A stretch of DNA of 64,000 nucleotides, taken from Candidatus Poribacteria bacterium (lineage in GTDB: Bacteria > Poribacteria > WGA-4E > WGA-3G). Location: assembly GCA_965214095.1 (NCBI GenBank), contig OZ243938.1:736001-800000 (forward strand), written 5' to 3'. Under the pieces are notes generated by a model. It was not told the DNA's origin. It saw nothing but the letters and a program-made list of their open reading frames with translations, and did no database searches. Positions 20,978 to 31,755 of the stretch are shown here, one piece after another; position 1 is the stretch's first letter, and every line of letters begins with the position of its first letter. The translations under genes and the position numbers were made by a program.

Positions 20978-22399
20978 TTATATGTCTTTCTTCAGCGCAG
21001 TAACTATCATTTCCGCATGATCAGATACTTTACGAATTGCTGTAAGTATCCGTTCAGCCGCACCATCAAGAGGTTTCGTCAATAGTGGTAGGAAAATTAA
21101 CTGTGTACACACTTTCTCAGTGATTGGCAAATCTCCCGCTGAATATCCTTCATAGTCTCCACCCATTTCAGTCGTGCAAAGTGATCCGCGTCCATTTGTA
21201 AATATATCGAGTCCTTCTGAGAATAGCGGTAGTGTATGCAGCAGTGGATATGGGTTGCTATTACTTGGAATATCCTTTGAAATAACAGGTACACCTTCGC
21301 CAACAAGATATGGATACGGATTATTGTTCGCTAACACACCTTCCTTCCGCAATGCTTCGGCAAATACGGGGGCAGGCATACCGGACATCTGTTCTTGAAC
21401 ATAAAGAATAGGAAATCCATAAAATGCTGCAGGTTCTGACCCCTCATATCTTTCAACAGGACGAACGCCTGAGATATCCTTCAATCCATCTGTAATTTCT
21501 TGAATATACGCACGACGATTTTCATTGAGTTCGGCAAGTTTATCCAACTGTACCGATGCGATTCCAATCGCTAAAGGATGTGCACGATATTTTACACCTA
21601 AACCCATTGGTGGAAGTTGTGCATATCGGAGCGCAGAAGGATCCAATTCAGGATCACCGATGCTGTTTATCGCACGATTAACCTGTCCTAATAGACATGC
21701 TCTTTCAAATACCTCAATTTCATTTGTTGCAAGCACACCGCCTTCACCGGCACTCAATGCTTTGTTCCCTTGCAAACTCCAAGCACCCGCATGTCCAATA
21801 CTACCAACAGGTGTGCCTTTGTAGGCTGCACCATGCGCGTGTGAACAATCCTCTATCACTGGCACACCAGTTTCCGCACTCAGTGCCATCAAAGCATCCA
21901 TATCACATACATTACCCCACAGATGCACTGCCACAATTGCTTTTGTTCGGGAAGTAATTCTCTTCCGAACATCCTCTACATCTAACAACAATGTCTCAGG
22001 ATCAACTTCACAAAAGACAGGTCTTGCATTCAGCATCAATGCAGGTGTTATAGATGCCATCCATGTGTAAGTCGGACAGATCACTTCATCACCTGGACCA
22101 ACACCAACGCCGAACATAGCACTATGTAGTGCAGCGGTTCCATTGGTAAGACTCACAGCATATTTAGTCTGATGTCTGTCACGCCATTTACGCTCAAATT
22201 CCTGAACTGTTGTAGAATTACTTGACAACTCGTTTCGCATCGTCATCTCATAGACGACCTGTGCTTCTGCTTCAGTAATCTGTTTCCAACAATCCAGATT
22301 CGGAAAAGGCATCTCTTTAGATATTGAGAAAACGGGATTTCCACCTAAAATCACGGGGAGATTAAATTTCTTTGTATTTGATAATTGAGTATTATTCAT
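20978..22399 (-). CDS. DegT/DnrJ/EryC1/StrS family PLP aminotransferase
   Basis: NGTAALH, GVGPGDEVI, IEDCSHAHGA, SLQGNK.LSAGEGG. Confidence 0.92.
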   Translation of the reverse strand: MNNTQLSNTKKFNLPVILGGNPVFSISKEMPFPNLDCWKQITEAEAQVVYEMTMRNELSSNSTTVQEFERKWRDRHQTKYAVSLTNGTAALHSAMFGVGVGPGDEVICPTYTWMASITPALMLNARPVFCEVDPETLLLDVEDVRKRITSRTKAIVAVHLWGNVCDMDALMALSAETGVPVIEDCSHAHGAAYKGTPVGSIGHAGAWSLQGNKALSAGEGGVLATNEIEVFERACLLGQVNRAINSIGDPELDPSALRYAQLPPMGLGVKYRAHPLAIGIASVQLDKLAELNENRRAYIQEITDGLKDISGVRPVERYEGSEPAAFYGFPILYVQEQMSGMPAPVFAEALRKEGVLANNNPYPYLVGEGVPVISKDIPSNSNPYPLLHTLPLFSEGLDIFTNGRGSLCTTEMGGDYEGYSAGDLPITEKVCTQLIFLPLLTKPLDGAAERILTAIRKVSDHAEMIVTALKKDI

Positions 22400-22620
22400 A
22401 TTATTGCATGGTGTATAAAGACTAAGAAAGAACGAAAATTAATGGTGAAGTTATTTTTGATTCAATACTATTTGTATTTCTTGCTAACTTATGGTATACT
22501 GACAACTGATGAAATATATAACAGCAATAGAAGTCAGACTTATCTTTTCTAAATCTGAAACATGATAGCACGGTACTATAAATCTGTCAATTCTATGTGT
22601 CATAAACTCTTCACAACTCT

Positions 22621-23715
22621 GTGAATATATTGAAAGTCCACCACTACATATTACATAATCTCAACAATATCTTTGTTAAAGTCCGACAACTGCTCATAAA
22701 CTGTATGCCGCCGGTACTTGCTATCTGCGGTTTTTTTTTGTTATGTGGAATAGTCCTAATCCTGCGTGGACAGAACGCTTTTGAATTTTACAAAACAATC
22801 TTTCTCAGTGGGTTCTCCAACTTTGATGAATTCGGTAGCGTCCTATTTAATGCTACTCCGCTCATCTTTACAGGTCTTGCAGTTGCTGTCGGATATAAGA
22901 CAGGTTTATTCAACATCGGTTGTGAAGGACAACTCTATGTCGCAGCCTTTGCAGCAGCATGGGTTGGGATACATGTCAACCTTCCTTCAGTTTTGATGAT
23001 ACCTCTCTGTTTATGTGCTGCATTGTTAGCAGGGGCAATATGGGGAGGTATTCCAGGTATCATAAAGGCAAAATTCGGAGCACACGAAGTAATAAACACG
23101 ATAATGATGAACTTCATCGCCTTAGCAATAACCAATTTCTTTGTTACTTCTGTATATAGAGAACCCGGACAGATGATTCCTCAAACATCTCAGATCGCTG
23201 AATCCGCACAGTTACCACGTTTAGCAGGAACGTTATTTTTCATCCCAGACAGCAACTTATTGAATGCCAGTTTCATAATTGCCTGTATCTGTGTTATATT
23301 CTGTTATATTTTGTTCAAACACACACGTTGGGGGTACGAACTCAGACTGGTTGGAAATGTCCCGGATGTTGCAGAATATGGTGGTATAAATCCTCGTGTA
23401 GTAACAGTCTGGGTGATGGCATTGAGTGGGGCAATTGCAGGCTTAGCAGGTGTCGCTGATGTCATGGGATATCGATACAGATTTGCAGATAGTTTCTCAT
23501 CGGGATGGGGATTCACTGGAATTGCAGTTGCTCTATTGGGAAGAAACCACCCATTTGGTGTTTTCGCAGCAGCACTCTTATTCGGACTACTCAATAAAGT
23601 AGCATTGGATATTGAGTTGTTCTTGAATGTGCCGCGTGGATTATTCCTTGTCGGTCAAGGATTACTCATCATCTGGTTAGTATGTCAGGAAGGCTTAACA
23701 AAAAGGAAAACATGA
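22621..23715 (+). CDS. Nucleoside/sugar (CUT2, BMP-dependent) ABC transporter permease
   Basis: PLIFTGLAVA...GLFNIGCEGQ, EVINTIMMNF, GFTGIAVALLGRNHP. Confidence 0.9.
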   Translation: MNILKVHHYILHNLNNIFVKVRQLLINCMPPVLAICGFFLLCGIVLILRGQNAFEFYKTIFLSGFSNFDEFGSVLFNATPLIFTGLAVAVGYKTGLFNIGCEGQLYVAAFAAAWVGIHVNLPSVLMIPLCLCAALLAGAIWGGIPGIIKAKFGAHEVINTIMMNFIALAITNFFVTSVYREPGQMIPQTSQIAESAQLPRLAGTLFFIPDSNLLNASFIIACICVIFCYILFKHTRWGYELRLVGNVPDVAEYGGINPRVVTVWVMALSGAIAGLAGVADVMGYRYRFADSFSSGWGFTGIAVALLGRNHPFGVFAAALLFGLLNKVALDIELFLNVPRGLFLVGQGLLIIWLVCQEGLTKRKT

Positions 23716-24545
23716 TACTTGATATAATTCCAAGCACTCTCCGAATGACAACACCGATTGGATATGCAGCTCTCGGTGGCATATACTCAGAACGTTCAGG
23801 TATTATCAATCTTGCACTTGAAGGCATGATGTTGATGGGTGCTTACGGGTATGTGATTGGTGCACATGCCTCTGGTTCGGCATGGATTGGCCTCACTGTT
23901 GGTATTGGTTTAGGTATTATTATGGCATTGTTGCATGCCGTGGCTACGATAACATTTCACGCTGAACAAATAGTAACAGGAATAGCAATTAATATTCTGG
24001 CTTTAGGAATTACTGAGTATCTCATACCATCAACAGAAAGAGTTCCCGGATTACCAGATATCACGTTACCACTTATTGGTTCCTTTAGTATGCTTGTCTA
24101 TTGCCTACCTATATTGATGATAGGAAGTCATATCTTCATATATAAAACACCATGGGGATTACGTCTACGAGCGGCAGGAGAATCAACAGAGGCATTAAAA
24201 ACTCTCAGTTTGAGTCGGGCAAAGTGGCAATATTTTGGAGTTATTCTGAGTGGAATCTTTGCTGGATTAGGTGGATGTTTCCTTGTTTCAGATGTTCACA
24301 TCTTTACAAAAGGCATAATCGGTGGAAGAGGATATGTTGCATTGGCAGCCGTAATTTTTGGTAATTGGCGACCACTGTACGGTGTTGCAGCATGTCTCTT
24401 TTTCGGGTTTGCATCTTCATTAGATCTGATTGACCTATGGAATATACCGGATCAACTCATAAAAATCCTACCGTACATATTAACGATGGTTGTTCTTGCT
24501 GGTCTTGTCGGTAGATCGCGCCCACCCGCCGCATTAGGTAAATGA
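23712..24545 (+). CDS. Nucleoside/sugar ABC transporter permease (second subunit)
   Basis: SERSGIINLALEG, GLRLRAAGE, GRGYVALAAVIFGNW, PPAALGK; ATGA overlap with upstream stop. Confidence 0.9.
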   Translation: MILDIIPSTLRMTTPIGYAALGGIYSERSGIINLALEGMMLMGAYGYVIGAHASGSAWIGLTVGIGLGIIMALLHAVATITFHAEQIVTGIAINILALGITEYLIPSTERVPGLPDITLPLIGSFSMLVYCLPILMIGSHIFIYKTPWGLRLRAAGESTEALKTLSLSRAKWQYFGVILSGIFAGLGGCFLVSDVHIFTKGIIGGRGYVALAAVIFGNWRPLYGVAACLFFGFASSLDLIDLWNIPDQLIKILPYILTMVVLAGLVGRSRPPAALGK

Positions 24546-24569
24546 AATCCTAAATTCCTATTGATCTAT

Positions 24570-26930
24570 TCATGATCCCACCTCATCGGGTAATTGGTAA
24601 TATTCGGAGTGCTTTGTGTAATAACCATAGGATTTAGCATGCTTAGGATTTATCATATTGCACAAAACACCAATCCCTTTTGAAGGTAATACTTCCTTTA
24701 GATGTTTGAGACCAGTCAACACATCAAAACGTTTAGTCTTTGTAATGTCAAACACATAAACAACAGCATCAGCCACAGTTGCCAAAATAACCGGATCTGC
24801 AACTGCCCGAACTGGTGGGGAATCAATGACAATCACATCATATTCAGATTTAGCCATTTCCAATAATTGTGTCATCATATCAGAATTCAACAGTTCAATC
24901 GGATTAGGTGGGACAGTGCCACCTGGAATGAGATGTAGATTAGCAATTCCAGTCTGCCGGACTGTTGAATGCAACACTTCATAACCGTTCTCATCATTTA
25001 GACTGATTAATGCTTCACTCAAGCCGGGTTTACGCGTGTCACTATGAGTAACTACTGAGGAGTCGTCAAAAGTCTCTTCATTCGCTTGTGTACTAATCTG
25101 TAGCAGTTGTTCAGTTGGAAATGCAGTATGTTGTGAAGGTCTACGCATATCGGCATCTATGAGTAGCACTTTATTCCCTTTTTGGACAAGTGTAGCAGCA
25201 AGATTGGAGGAAACAGTACTCTTCCCTTCACCACGTGTTGAACTTGTCACCAATACAGTTTTCAGGTCACCACTGAGGTTAAGAAATGGTAATTTTGCCG
25301 CAATCACACGAAATGCATCAGACGTTCTGTTGGTAGGAGCATCATTAACAATGAGTGGAATACGATACGTGCTACTTTTCTTAATGGATGGTATAACTCC
25401 GAGAAAATTTGGGGGTTCTGGCAGGGAATCTAATTGACGAACAGAATCCTCTAAACGCAAATAGGTGTCTTTTAAATAGTTCTTTACAACAGCAAATGTC
25501 AAACCGAGTAATCCACCCAACATCGCGCCCAAAACCAAATTTATCTTCATCCGCGGTTTGATCGGTTCTTCAGAAAGGCGAGCCTGATCCAATACTTTAA
25601 GTGTTTCTGAACGAGTTTCATCAATTATTTCTGACTCTCGTACTCTTGTTTCCAAAGCAAGCAACTGGGCACCATATAATTCCACATCGCGCTTACGTTT
25701 GAACAGATCAAGTTGTTGATCAGACCACCCACTGAGTTCATTAACATGTTCATCTATCTGGGCAGATACTGTGGCTATTTGCTCTTTTAATCCTACAATA
25801 GAAGCTTCTGTTTCATTCACTTTTTCTGTAAGAAGTTGGTGGAGGGGATTATATGATGATGTTGTACTTTTTATCTCTCGCTCCTCATTTTTAAGTCGTT
25901 CTTTTGTCTCATTTATCTTTTCATCAAAAACAGTAATTTCAGGATGCTTGACATCACCATATTTTCCAATCAATGCTTTACGTTCAATTTCAAACTCGTT
26001 CAGATTATCTTGTAACTTAGAATAACTCGGATTCTTTGTAGTAGATTCGGATATAAGCTGTTCCTCAACATCAGTAAGTTCATCCTGATATGCCTTCAGT
26101 CTCAATTCCGCTCCAATCAGATGGCTTGCAAGTTCATTTTCACTCAGCTGCAATGCTAATATCACTTGTGCTTGTGTACCGCCTTCTGCATTAATGGTTA
26201 TTTCTGGATGAGACTTTTGAAACTCAAACAGTCTCTTCTCTGCCTCATTCAATTGTTGTTTGGCTTTAGTAATCAATTCTTGAGCTACCGGTTTTTCCCA
26301 CCAACGCATGTTCTCCGCTTTTTCTGTTTCTACAACAAGTATCAACACTTCAGCGATCTTATTGCTCAATATTTGGGCATATTCGGGATTCCTGTTTCTT
26401 ACCTTCAGTATTATGACGTTTCCATCCTGTGACTCTTCAACAGTTATTTTTTCGTCAATTAGTGTTTTTACGAAATAATCTCTCCATTCTTCATCTGTAA
26501 GATCTCCTTGCTCAGTAAGCGTAGTATCTAATGCTATGTTGAACAGATCCGATAACCATCTGACAGATCGACCACGATGCACAGGGAGTGGTTTCAATTC
26601 ACCCGAATTGATAAGCTGATCAACTGCAGGAGTGATGACCAAGTCGCGAGACTGCATGAGAGTAGCAAAAGTACCTAACGATGGACTCTTAAAAAGTCCA
26701 GTCAGTGGGAGTCCTGACAATAATGAAGAAGGTCCTTGTTCATCAAGTATACGAACAGTCGTTTCCGATTGATAAACAGGTGGAGTGAAGTCGGTGACAA
26801 GGAATGCCGCGATTATACACAATAAAAAGATTGCGATGACACTCCATTTATTCCGCCATAAAATCCAAAAATAATCTAATAATCGTATTTCAGTTATTTC
26901 TTCAAGTTGCTTGTCATTAGTCTCTGACAT
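24570..26930 (-). CDS. Polysaccharide co-polymerase/tyrosine autokinase (Wzc/GumC)
   Basis: Two TMs, coiled coil, SSTRGEGKST Walker A, IDADMRRP, DSPP, C-terminal Tyr cluster YGYY..EYY; RBS supports ATG at 26930. Confidence 0.92.
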   Translation of the reverse strand: MSETNDKQLEEITEIRLLDYFWILWRNKWSVIAIFLLCIIAAFLVTDFTPPVYQSETTVRILDEQGPSSLLSGLPLTGLFKSPSLGTFATLMQSRDLVITPAVDQLINSGELKPLPVHRGRSVRWLSDLFNIALDTTLTEQGDLTDEEWRDYFVKTLIDEKITVEESQDGNVIILKVRNRNPEYAQILSNKIAEVLILVVETEKAENMRWWEKPVAQELITKAKQQLNEAEKRLFEFQKSHPEITINAEGGTQAQVILALQLSENELASHLIGAELRLKAYQDELTDVEEQLISESTTKNPSYSKLQDNLNEFEIERKALIGKYGDVKHPEITVFDEKINETKERLKNEEREIKSTTSSYNPLHQLLTEKVNETEASIVGLKEQIATVSAQIDEHVNELSGWSDQQLDLFKRKRDVELYGAQLLALETRVRESEIIDETRSETLKVLDQARLSEEPIKPRMKINLVLGAMLGGLLGLTFAVVKNYLKDTYLRLEDSVRQLDSLPEPPNFLGVIPSIKKSSTYRIPLIVNDAPTNRTSDAFRVIAAKLPFLNLSGDLKTVLVTSSTRGEGKSTVSSNLAATLVQKGNKVLLIDADMRRPSQHTAFPTEQLLQISTQANEETFDDSSVVTHSDTRKPGLSEALISLNDENGYEVLHSTVRQTGIANLHLIPGGTVPPNPIELLNSDMMTQLLEMAKSEYDVIVIDSPPVRAVADPVILATVADAVVYVFDITKTKRFDVLTGLKHLKEVLPSKGIGVLCNMINPKHAKSYGYYTKHSEYYQLPDEVGS

Positions 26931-27064
26931 TTTTCCCTCATGATCAAAATCTATTGTTCCAACAGTATACAGTCCAAATAAAACACAGTATACTGCTGCA
27001 AACTCAGTTCCTTCTTTAATCCAAACAGTGTGCATCTGTAAGCCAATATTAGATTACGTTCTTT

Positions 27065-28240
27065 CTATCTGTATCTAAGCCAAACACTAACGACTAAGTT
27101 TGTTAGCGAGGCAGCAAAAGACAACACACGCCAATCAATGCGCGTTCGTTCCAATATACGTAGTTGATCATTTGGATAGAGAAGAACTTCTGATTGCACC
27201 AAATTATAGTTCAGTTCCTCTTGCGTTCCATTTGCGCGAGTAAGAATGCATTTCTTGGGATTAGCTTTTTCTTCATTCAATCCACCAGCCATTGCAACGG
27301 CATCTCTTAACAGAGTCGGTTCTGTAACAACATATTGACCAGGCTTATCAACTGCTCCGACTACACTTATTTTCGCTTCTGCAAGCGGAACATATAATGT
27401 ATCCCCTGGTGCCATTGTCATCGCTACATCAACAGCGGTGAGATCCACAGTTGTATTCCCATCCTCAGTGATGATTTCTGCCTTTTTTAAATCTGCAAAG
27501 TCTGCTCTCGATCCTCCAGCAAGTTTCAAAGCTTGCGTTGCAGCAATTTCTTGACCCGTGATCGGATAATTACCCGGAACCATGACTGCACCAATTACTC
27601 GTATTCGACGTTGGGCAAAAATTGATGGCACGATGACAACATCATAATCCTTTAAGGGAATATCTATATTACCTGATTCCATTTGCTCTTCAAAATTAAC
27701 TGTTGTGTGCACCTTCCCATCACGCCAAACAACAACCTTGGTCAGATCAGCAATTTCATTATTAATTCCTGCCGCTGCCAATGCTTGTATCAGATAAACT
27801 TGACCGGTTTCAAACACATGTAAATTGCCGCGAGGTCTTTGGTCAACTGCACCAAATACCAGAATATTGCGTCTCGGTTGCATTAGAGTAACAAACACAC
27901 GGGCACTCGGTAGTTTCTCAGAAAACACTTTATGCATCGCATCCTGAAGCTCAGGTACAGTTAAATCCGTTGCCTTTATCAGACCAATGAGGGGATATGA
28001 GATAAACCCATCAGGTTGAACAGGAACGGGGACACGGTCTTTCGTGTATTCTGGATATCCTTCAACCGTAACTACTATACTATCCCCAACCTGTAATTTA
28101 TATGTAGACATCTTAGGGTAATCTAGACTTTGAGTGACAATATTCTCGTCAGGAGGATCTTCTGAAAAAACTTGGATAGTAAAACTGAACTGACTTATTG
28201 TAAACAGAAACAGTATAATAAAACGCAAATGCATCTTCAT
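27065..28240 (-). CDS. Polysaccharide export protein (Wza-like, SLBB domains)
   Basis: YKLQVGD, VQPDGFISYPLIG, repeated GAV.PG SLBB motifs. Confidence 0.88.
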   Translation of the reverse strand: MKMHLRFIILFLFTISQFSFTIQVFSEDPPDENIVTQSLDYPKMSTYKLQVGDSIVVTVEGYPEYTKDRVPVPVQPDGFISYPLIGLIKATDLTVPELQDAMHKVFSEKLPSARVFVTLMQPRRNILVFGAVDQRPRGNLHVFETGQVYLIQALAAAGINNEIADLTKVVVWRDGKVHTTVNFEEQMESGNIDIPLKDYDVVIVPSIFAQRRIRVIGAVMVPGNYPITGQEIAATQALKLAGGSRADFADLKKAEIITEDGNTTVDLTAVDVAMTMAPGDTLYVPLAEAKISVVGAVDKPGQYVVTEPTLLRDAVAMAGGLNEEKANPKKCILTRANGTQEELNYNLVQSEVLLYPNDQLRILERTRIDWRVLSFAASLTNLVVSVWLRYR

Positions 28241-28509
28241 CTATTATATGTTAACCCTTTTATATCGCTTTTTTGAATATGTTTTTGACAGAACTTAGAT
28301 TTTTGATGTTATTTAATCGTATATTCTTCATTAATTCTTGAGGATATTCTGTAAATTTCCAATACAGTAGATTTTAACTTCTATAATTTGAAAGTTCAAT
28401 ACAAATAATACCTTCCTATTTTAACAGCACTAAAGCAAAAACACAAGTGAAAACAGCAGAAATCAGAATGTTTGTTGATTAACCTATTAAGTTATGGTAA
28501 TATAATCTT

Positions 28510-29562
28510 GTGAACTACAATAATATACTTACTCAATTTCAAGATAAACAGATAATGATTGTAGGTGATATCATTCTGGATGAATATATTTGGGGTGATG
28601 TTAACCGTATTTCTCCTGAAGCTCCTGTTCCAGTAATTGAGATATGTGGCGAAAGATTAGGTTGCGGCGGTGCCGCAAATGTTGCACAAAATATCGTTAG
28701 TTTAGGAGGAAAAGCTGAACTTATCGGGGTTGTTGGAAAAGATAGAGATGGAGAACAGATGCTCCAAATGCTAAATTCTATAGGGATTGGAACAACTGGC
28801 ATTTGTGTAGATGTCCTAAGACACACGAGCAAGAAAACTCGCGTTATCGTCCAATCTGACAACACAGATTCCATACAAATACCATACAACAACAAACCGG
28901 ATGACGATGTTCCACACCACGGACAACATCTCCTACGTATTGATAGGGAAACTAAGCATGAAATCACCGGATTAGGAAGAACTGGGGTAACAAATGCTTT
29001 CCGTTCACAATTAACGCATACAGATGCAATAATTTTTGCCGATTATGATAAAGGTGTCTTTAGTTCAAAACTAATAAATGATCTTGTCAATCTTGCTAAA
29101 TTATTCAGTGTCCCAATCGTCGTAGATCCAAAGCATGATAATTTTTGGCATTATAAAGGTGTAACTGCACTGACCCCCAACCACAAAGAAGCTGGTGATG
29201 CTATACAAAAAGAAATCACCGATGAATCCAGTCTAATTGAAATTGGCGTTAACATTTTAGATCGACTGTCTCTATCCACATTGTTGATTACGCGTGAAGA
29301 GAAAGGAATGTCACTTTTTCTGCGTGACTCAAATGGGGATTTGCAAGTTGAACACATACCTCCTCATTCAACTGATGTCATTGATGTTACAGGTGCTGGA
29401 GATACGGTTGTATCAGTTTTTACACTTGCACTCGCTGCTGGAGCAGATTTCTATAAGGCAGCGATTCTTTCAAGTATTGCTGGTGGAATCGTAATAGGAA
29501 AAATGGGATGTGCCAATGTCACGCCTGATGAAATCCATGATGCTATAGTGAAATGGAAATAA
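28510..29562 (+). CDS. rfaE1: D-glycero-D-manno-heptose-7-phosphate kinase (RfaE domain I/HldA-like)
   Basis: GD.ILDEYIWG.V.RISPEAPVPV, GGAANVA, DYDKG, TPN, DVTGAGDT. Confidence 0.9.
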   Translation: MNYNNILTQFQDKQIMIVGDIILDEYIWGDVNRISPEAPVPVIEICGERLGCGGAANVAQNIVSLGGKAELIGVVGKDRDGEQMLQMLNSIGIGTTGICVDVLRHTSKKTRVIVQSDNTDSIQIPYNNKPDDDVPHHGQHLLRIDRETKHEITGLGRTGVTNAFRSQLTHTDAIIFADYDKGVFSSKLINDLVNLAKLFSVPIVVDPKHDNFWHYKGVTALTPNHKEAGDAIQKEITDESSLIEIGVNILDRLSLSTLLITREEKGMSLFLRDSNGDLQVEHIPPHSTDVIDVTGAGDTVVSVFTLALAAGADFYKAAILSSIAGGIVIGKMGCANVTPDEIHDAIVKWK

Positions 29563-29626
29563 GAAATAAAAGTCAATTTCCTAGATTCTTACAAATATAT
29601 CACATCGTGTCCAATGGAGAAACAGT

Positions 29627-30193
29627 ATGAAAACCATCTTTCTGGATAGAGATGGTGTAATCAATGAGAATCCGCCGAATAGGGGCTATGTCTGCTCTTG
29701 GGACGATTTTAGTTTCCTACCGAATGCATTACAAGCTATCAATATCTTGACAAAGAGTGGTTTTCGTGTTTTTTTGGCAACAAATCAAGCAGGAATTGGA
29801 AAAGGGATTTTCACAGAGAAACAACTTTCAGACATCCATCAACGGATGCTGACTGAAATCATTAGTAATGGTGGAGATATTGAAAAAATCTATTACTGTC
29901 CACATCCTCCAGATGAAGGCTGTCCTTGTCGTAAACCGAAACCGGGAATGTTGAAAACCGCAGCGCATGAGCACGGATTTGATATATCACACACATTTTT
30001 TGTTGGTGATTCAATTACAGATATATCAGCTGCACAAAGTGCGGGGGCATCACCAATACTTGTTCTTACTGGACACGGACGAGAAACATATAACTACTTT
30101 ATCAAGTCTGATTCAAACAACAAAATAGGTATCCCAGATAAAATATTCACAAATCTATATTCAGTTTCACGATGGTTACAGAATAAAAGATAA
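29627..30193 (+). CDS. gmhB: D-glycero-D-manno-heptose 1,7-bisphosphate phosphatase
   Basis: FLDRDGVIN, TNQAGI, YCPH...CPCRKPKPGM, VGDS..D. Confidence 0.9.
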   Translation: MKTIFLDRDGVINENPPNRGYVCSWDDFSFLPNALQAINILTKSGFRVFLATNQAGIGKGIFTEKQLSDIHQRMLTEIISNGGDIEKIYYCPHPPDEGCPCRKPKPGMLKTAAHEHGFDISHTFFVGDSITDISAAQSAGASPILVLTGHGRETYNYFIKSDSNNKIGIPDKIFTNLYSVSRWLQNKR

Positions 30194-30276
30194 CACAAAC
30201 TTCCACCAACTTTTATGGAAGGGTTTGAAACCCCAGGTTATTAAGAAAAATATAACCAACAATTCACTCTGAGAAC

Positions 30277-31599
30277 ATGCTAATAAATAAAATAGAATCT
30301 TGTAGAATACATGCAGGGGTCATTGGACTCGGATACGTTGGATTACCACTCATGGTTGCTATGGCAAATGCAGGATTCAGAGTGACAGGCATTGATATCT
30401 GTCAGGAAAAACTTGAACGTTTGAGACAAGGAATCTCCGATGTCCCTGATGTCCCTAACACAATTCTTGAAAAACTGATAAAGTCAGAACAGATACAAGT
30501 GACCAATGACTTTAGTGTTCTTAGTAAACTTGATACCGTCAACATCTGTGTTCCAACACCATTGGATGAAAATAGAATACCGGATATGCAATATATAAAG
30601 GCTGCTGTTGAAAAAGTAGCCCAGAATATGCAATCCGAACAACTGATTATCCTTGAGAGCACTACCTTTCCCGGTACTACAGAAGAAATTGTCCTACCAA
30701 TGCTCCTATCCAATTCCAACATACAACAAGCTGATTCGTTAGAAGTAGGTCATGACTTTTATCTCGCTTATTCACCAGAACGGATTGAACCCGGTAATAG
30801 CACTTATTTTATGACAAATACACCTAAAATTGTTGGAGGCGTTACAGAAAAATGTACGCAGGTTGCAAAGACCTTTTATGAACAATTTATCAATAAGACT
30901 CACACTGTGTCTTCACCGAGCATTGCTGAAATGGCAAAGTTATTAGAGAATACTTTTCGCAGCGTGAATATAGGATTGATTAATGAAGTTGCGTTGATTT
31001 GCGATAAGATGGAATTGGATGTTTGGGAAATAATAGATGCTGCTGCAACAAAACCATTTGGTTTCATGCCATTTTACCCAGGTCCCGGTCCAGGTGGACA
31101 TTGTATTCCAATTGATCCACATTATCTCTCTTGGAAAGCTCGAACTTACCAACACAATGCAAAGTTTATTGAACTCGCAAGTGAGATCAATAACAGTATG
31201 CCAAAATTTGTCGTTGACAAAGTCATCAACGCACTAAATCTAAATAAAAAACCTATCAATGGTTCAAGAATATTGATTATTGGCGTGGCATACAAAAAAG
31301 ACATCGGTGACACGCGAGAATCACCTGCTTTTGAAGTTATAAGATTAATGCTTGACAAAGGTGCACAAATTTTATATCATGACCCACACGTTTCAAAAAT
31401 TATCCTTAGGGGAGTGGATATTTATCATTCCGAAACGTTGACTTCTTCAGTAATTGAAAATGTCGATTGTGTTGTAATCCTCACAGATCACACTGCTATA
31501 GACTATAACCTGATTGTACAATATGCTGATGTTGTCATTGATACTCGCAATGCTACTCGCTCCATCCCTATTGGATCCAACAATATAATTAAATTATAA
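30277..31599 (+). CDS. Nucleotide-sugar dehydrogenase (UDP-GlcNAc/GalNAc 6-dehydrogenase family)
   Basis: GLGYVGLP, CVPTP, ESTT.PGTT, SPER, KLLENTFR, GGHCIPIDP, DTRESP. Confidence 0.92.
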   Translation: MLINKIESCRIHAGVIGLGYVGLPLMVAMANAGFRVTGIDICQEKLERLRQGISDVPDVPNTILEKLIKSEQIQVTNDFSVLSKLDTVNICVPTPLDENRIPDMQYIKAAVEKVAQNMQSEQLIILESTTFPGTTEEIVLPMLLSNSNIQQADSLEVGHDFYLAYSPERIEPGNSTYFMTNTPKIVGGVTEKCTQVAKTFYEQFINKTHTVSSPSIAEMAKLLENTFRSVNIGLINEVALICDKMELDVWEIIDAAATKPFGFMPFYPGPGPGGHCIPIDPHYLSWKARTYQHNAKFIELASEINNSMPKFVVDKVINALNLNKKPINGSRILIIGVAYKKDIGDTRESPAFEVIRLMLDKGAQILYHDPHVSKIILRGVDIYHSETLTSSVIENVDCVVILTDHTAIDYNLIVQYADVVIDTRNATRSIPIGSNNIIKL

Positions 31600-31755
31600 T
31601 GCTTAGGGTACCGTAATATACGGTATAAGCAATCTATAGATTTATCCACATTAGGAGGCATAACAGCATAATATTTCATCTTTATTAGATATAGACTATC
31701 TCGTTGATGTTTTCACATCAACACGAAACATAAATAAAAATATTGGAGGACACTC

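Noticed and set aside
24570-31599. wzc/wza, heptose and nucleotide-sugar genes as a novel system
   Set aside because: Ordinary surface-polysaccharide genes with intact canonical motifs.
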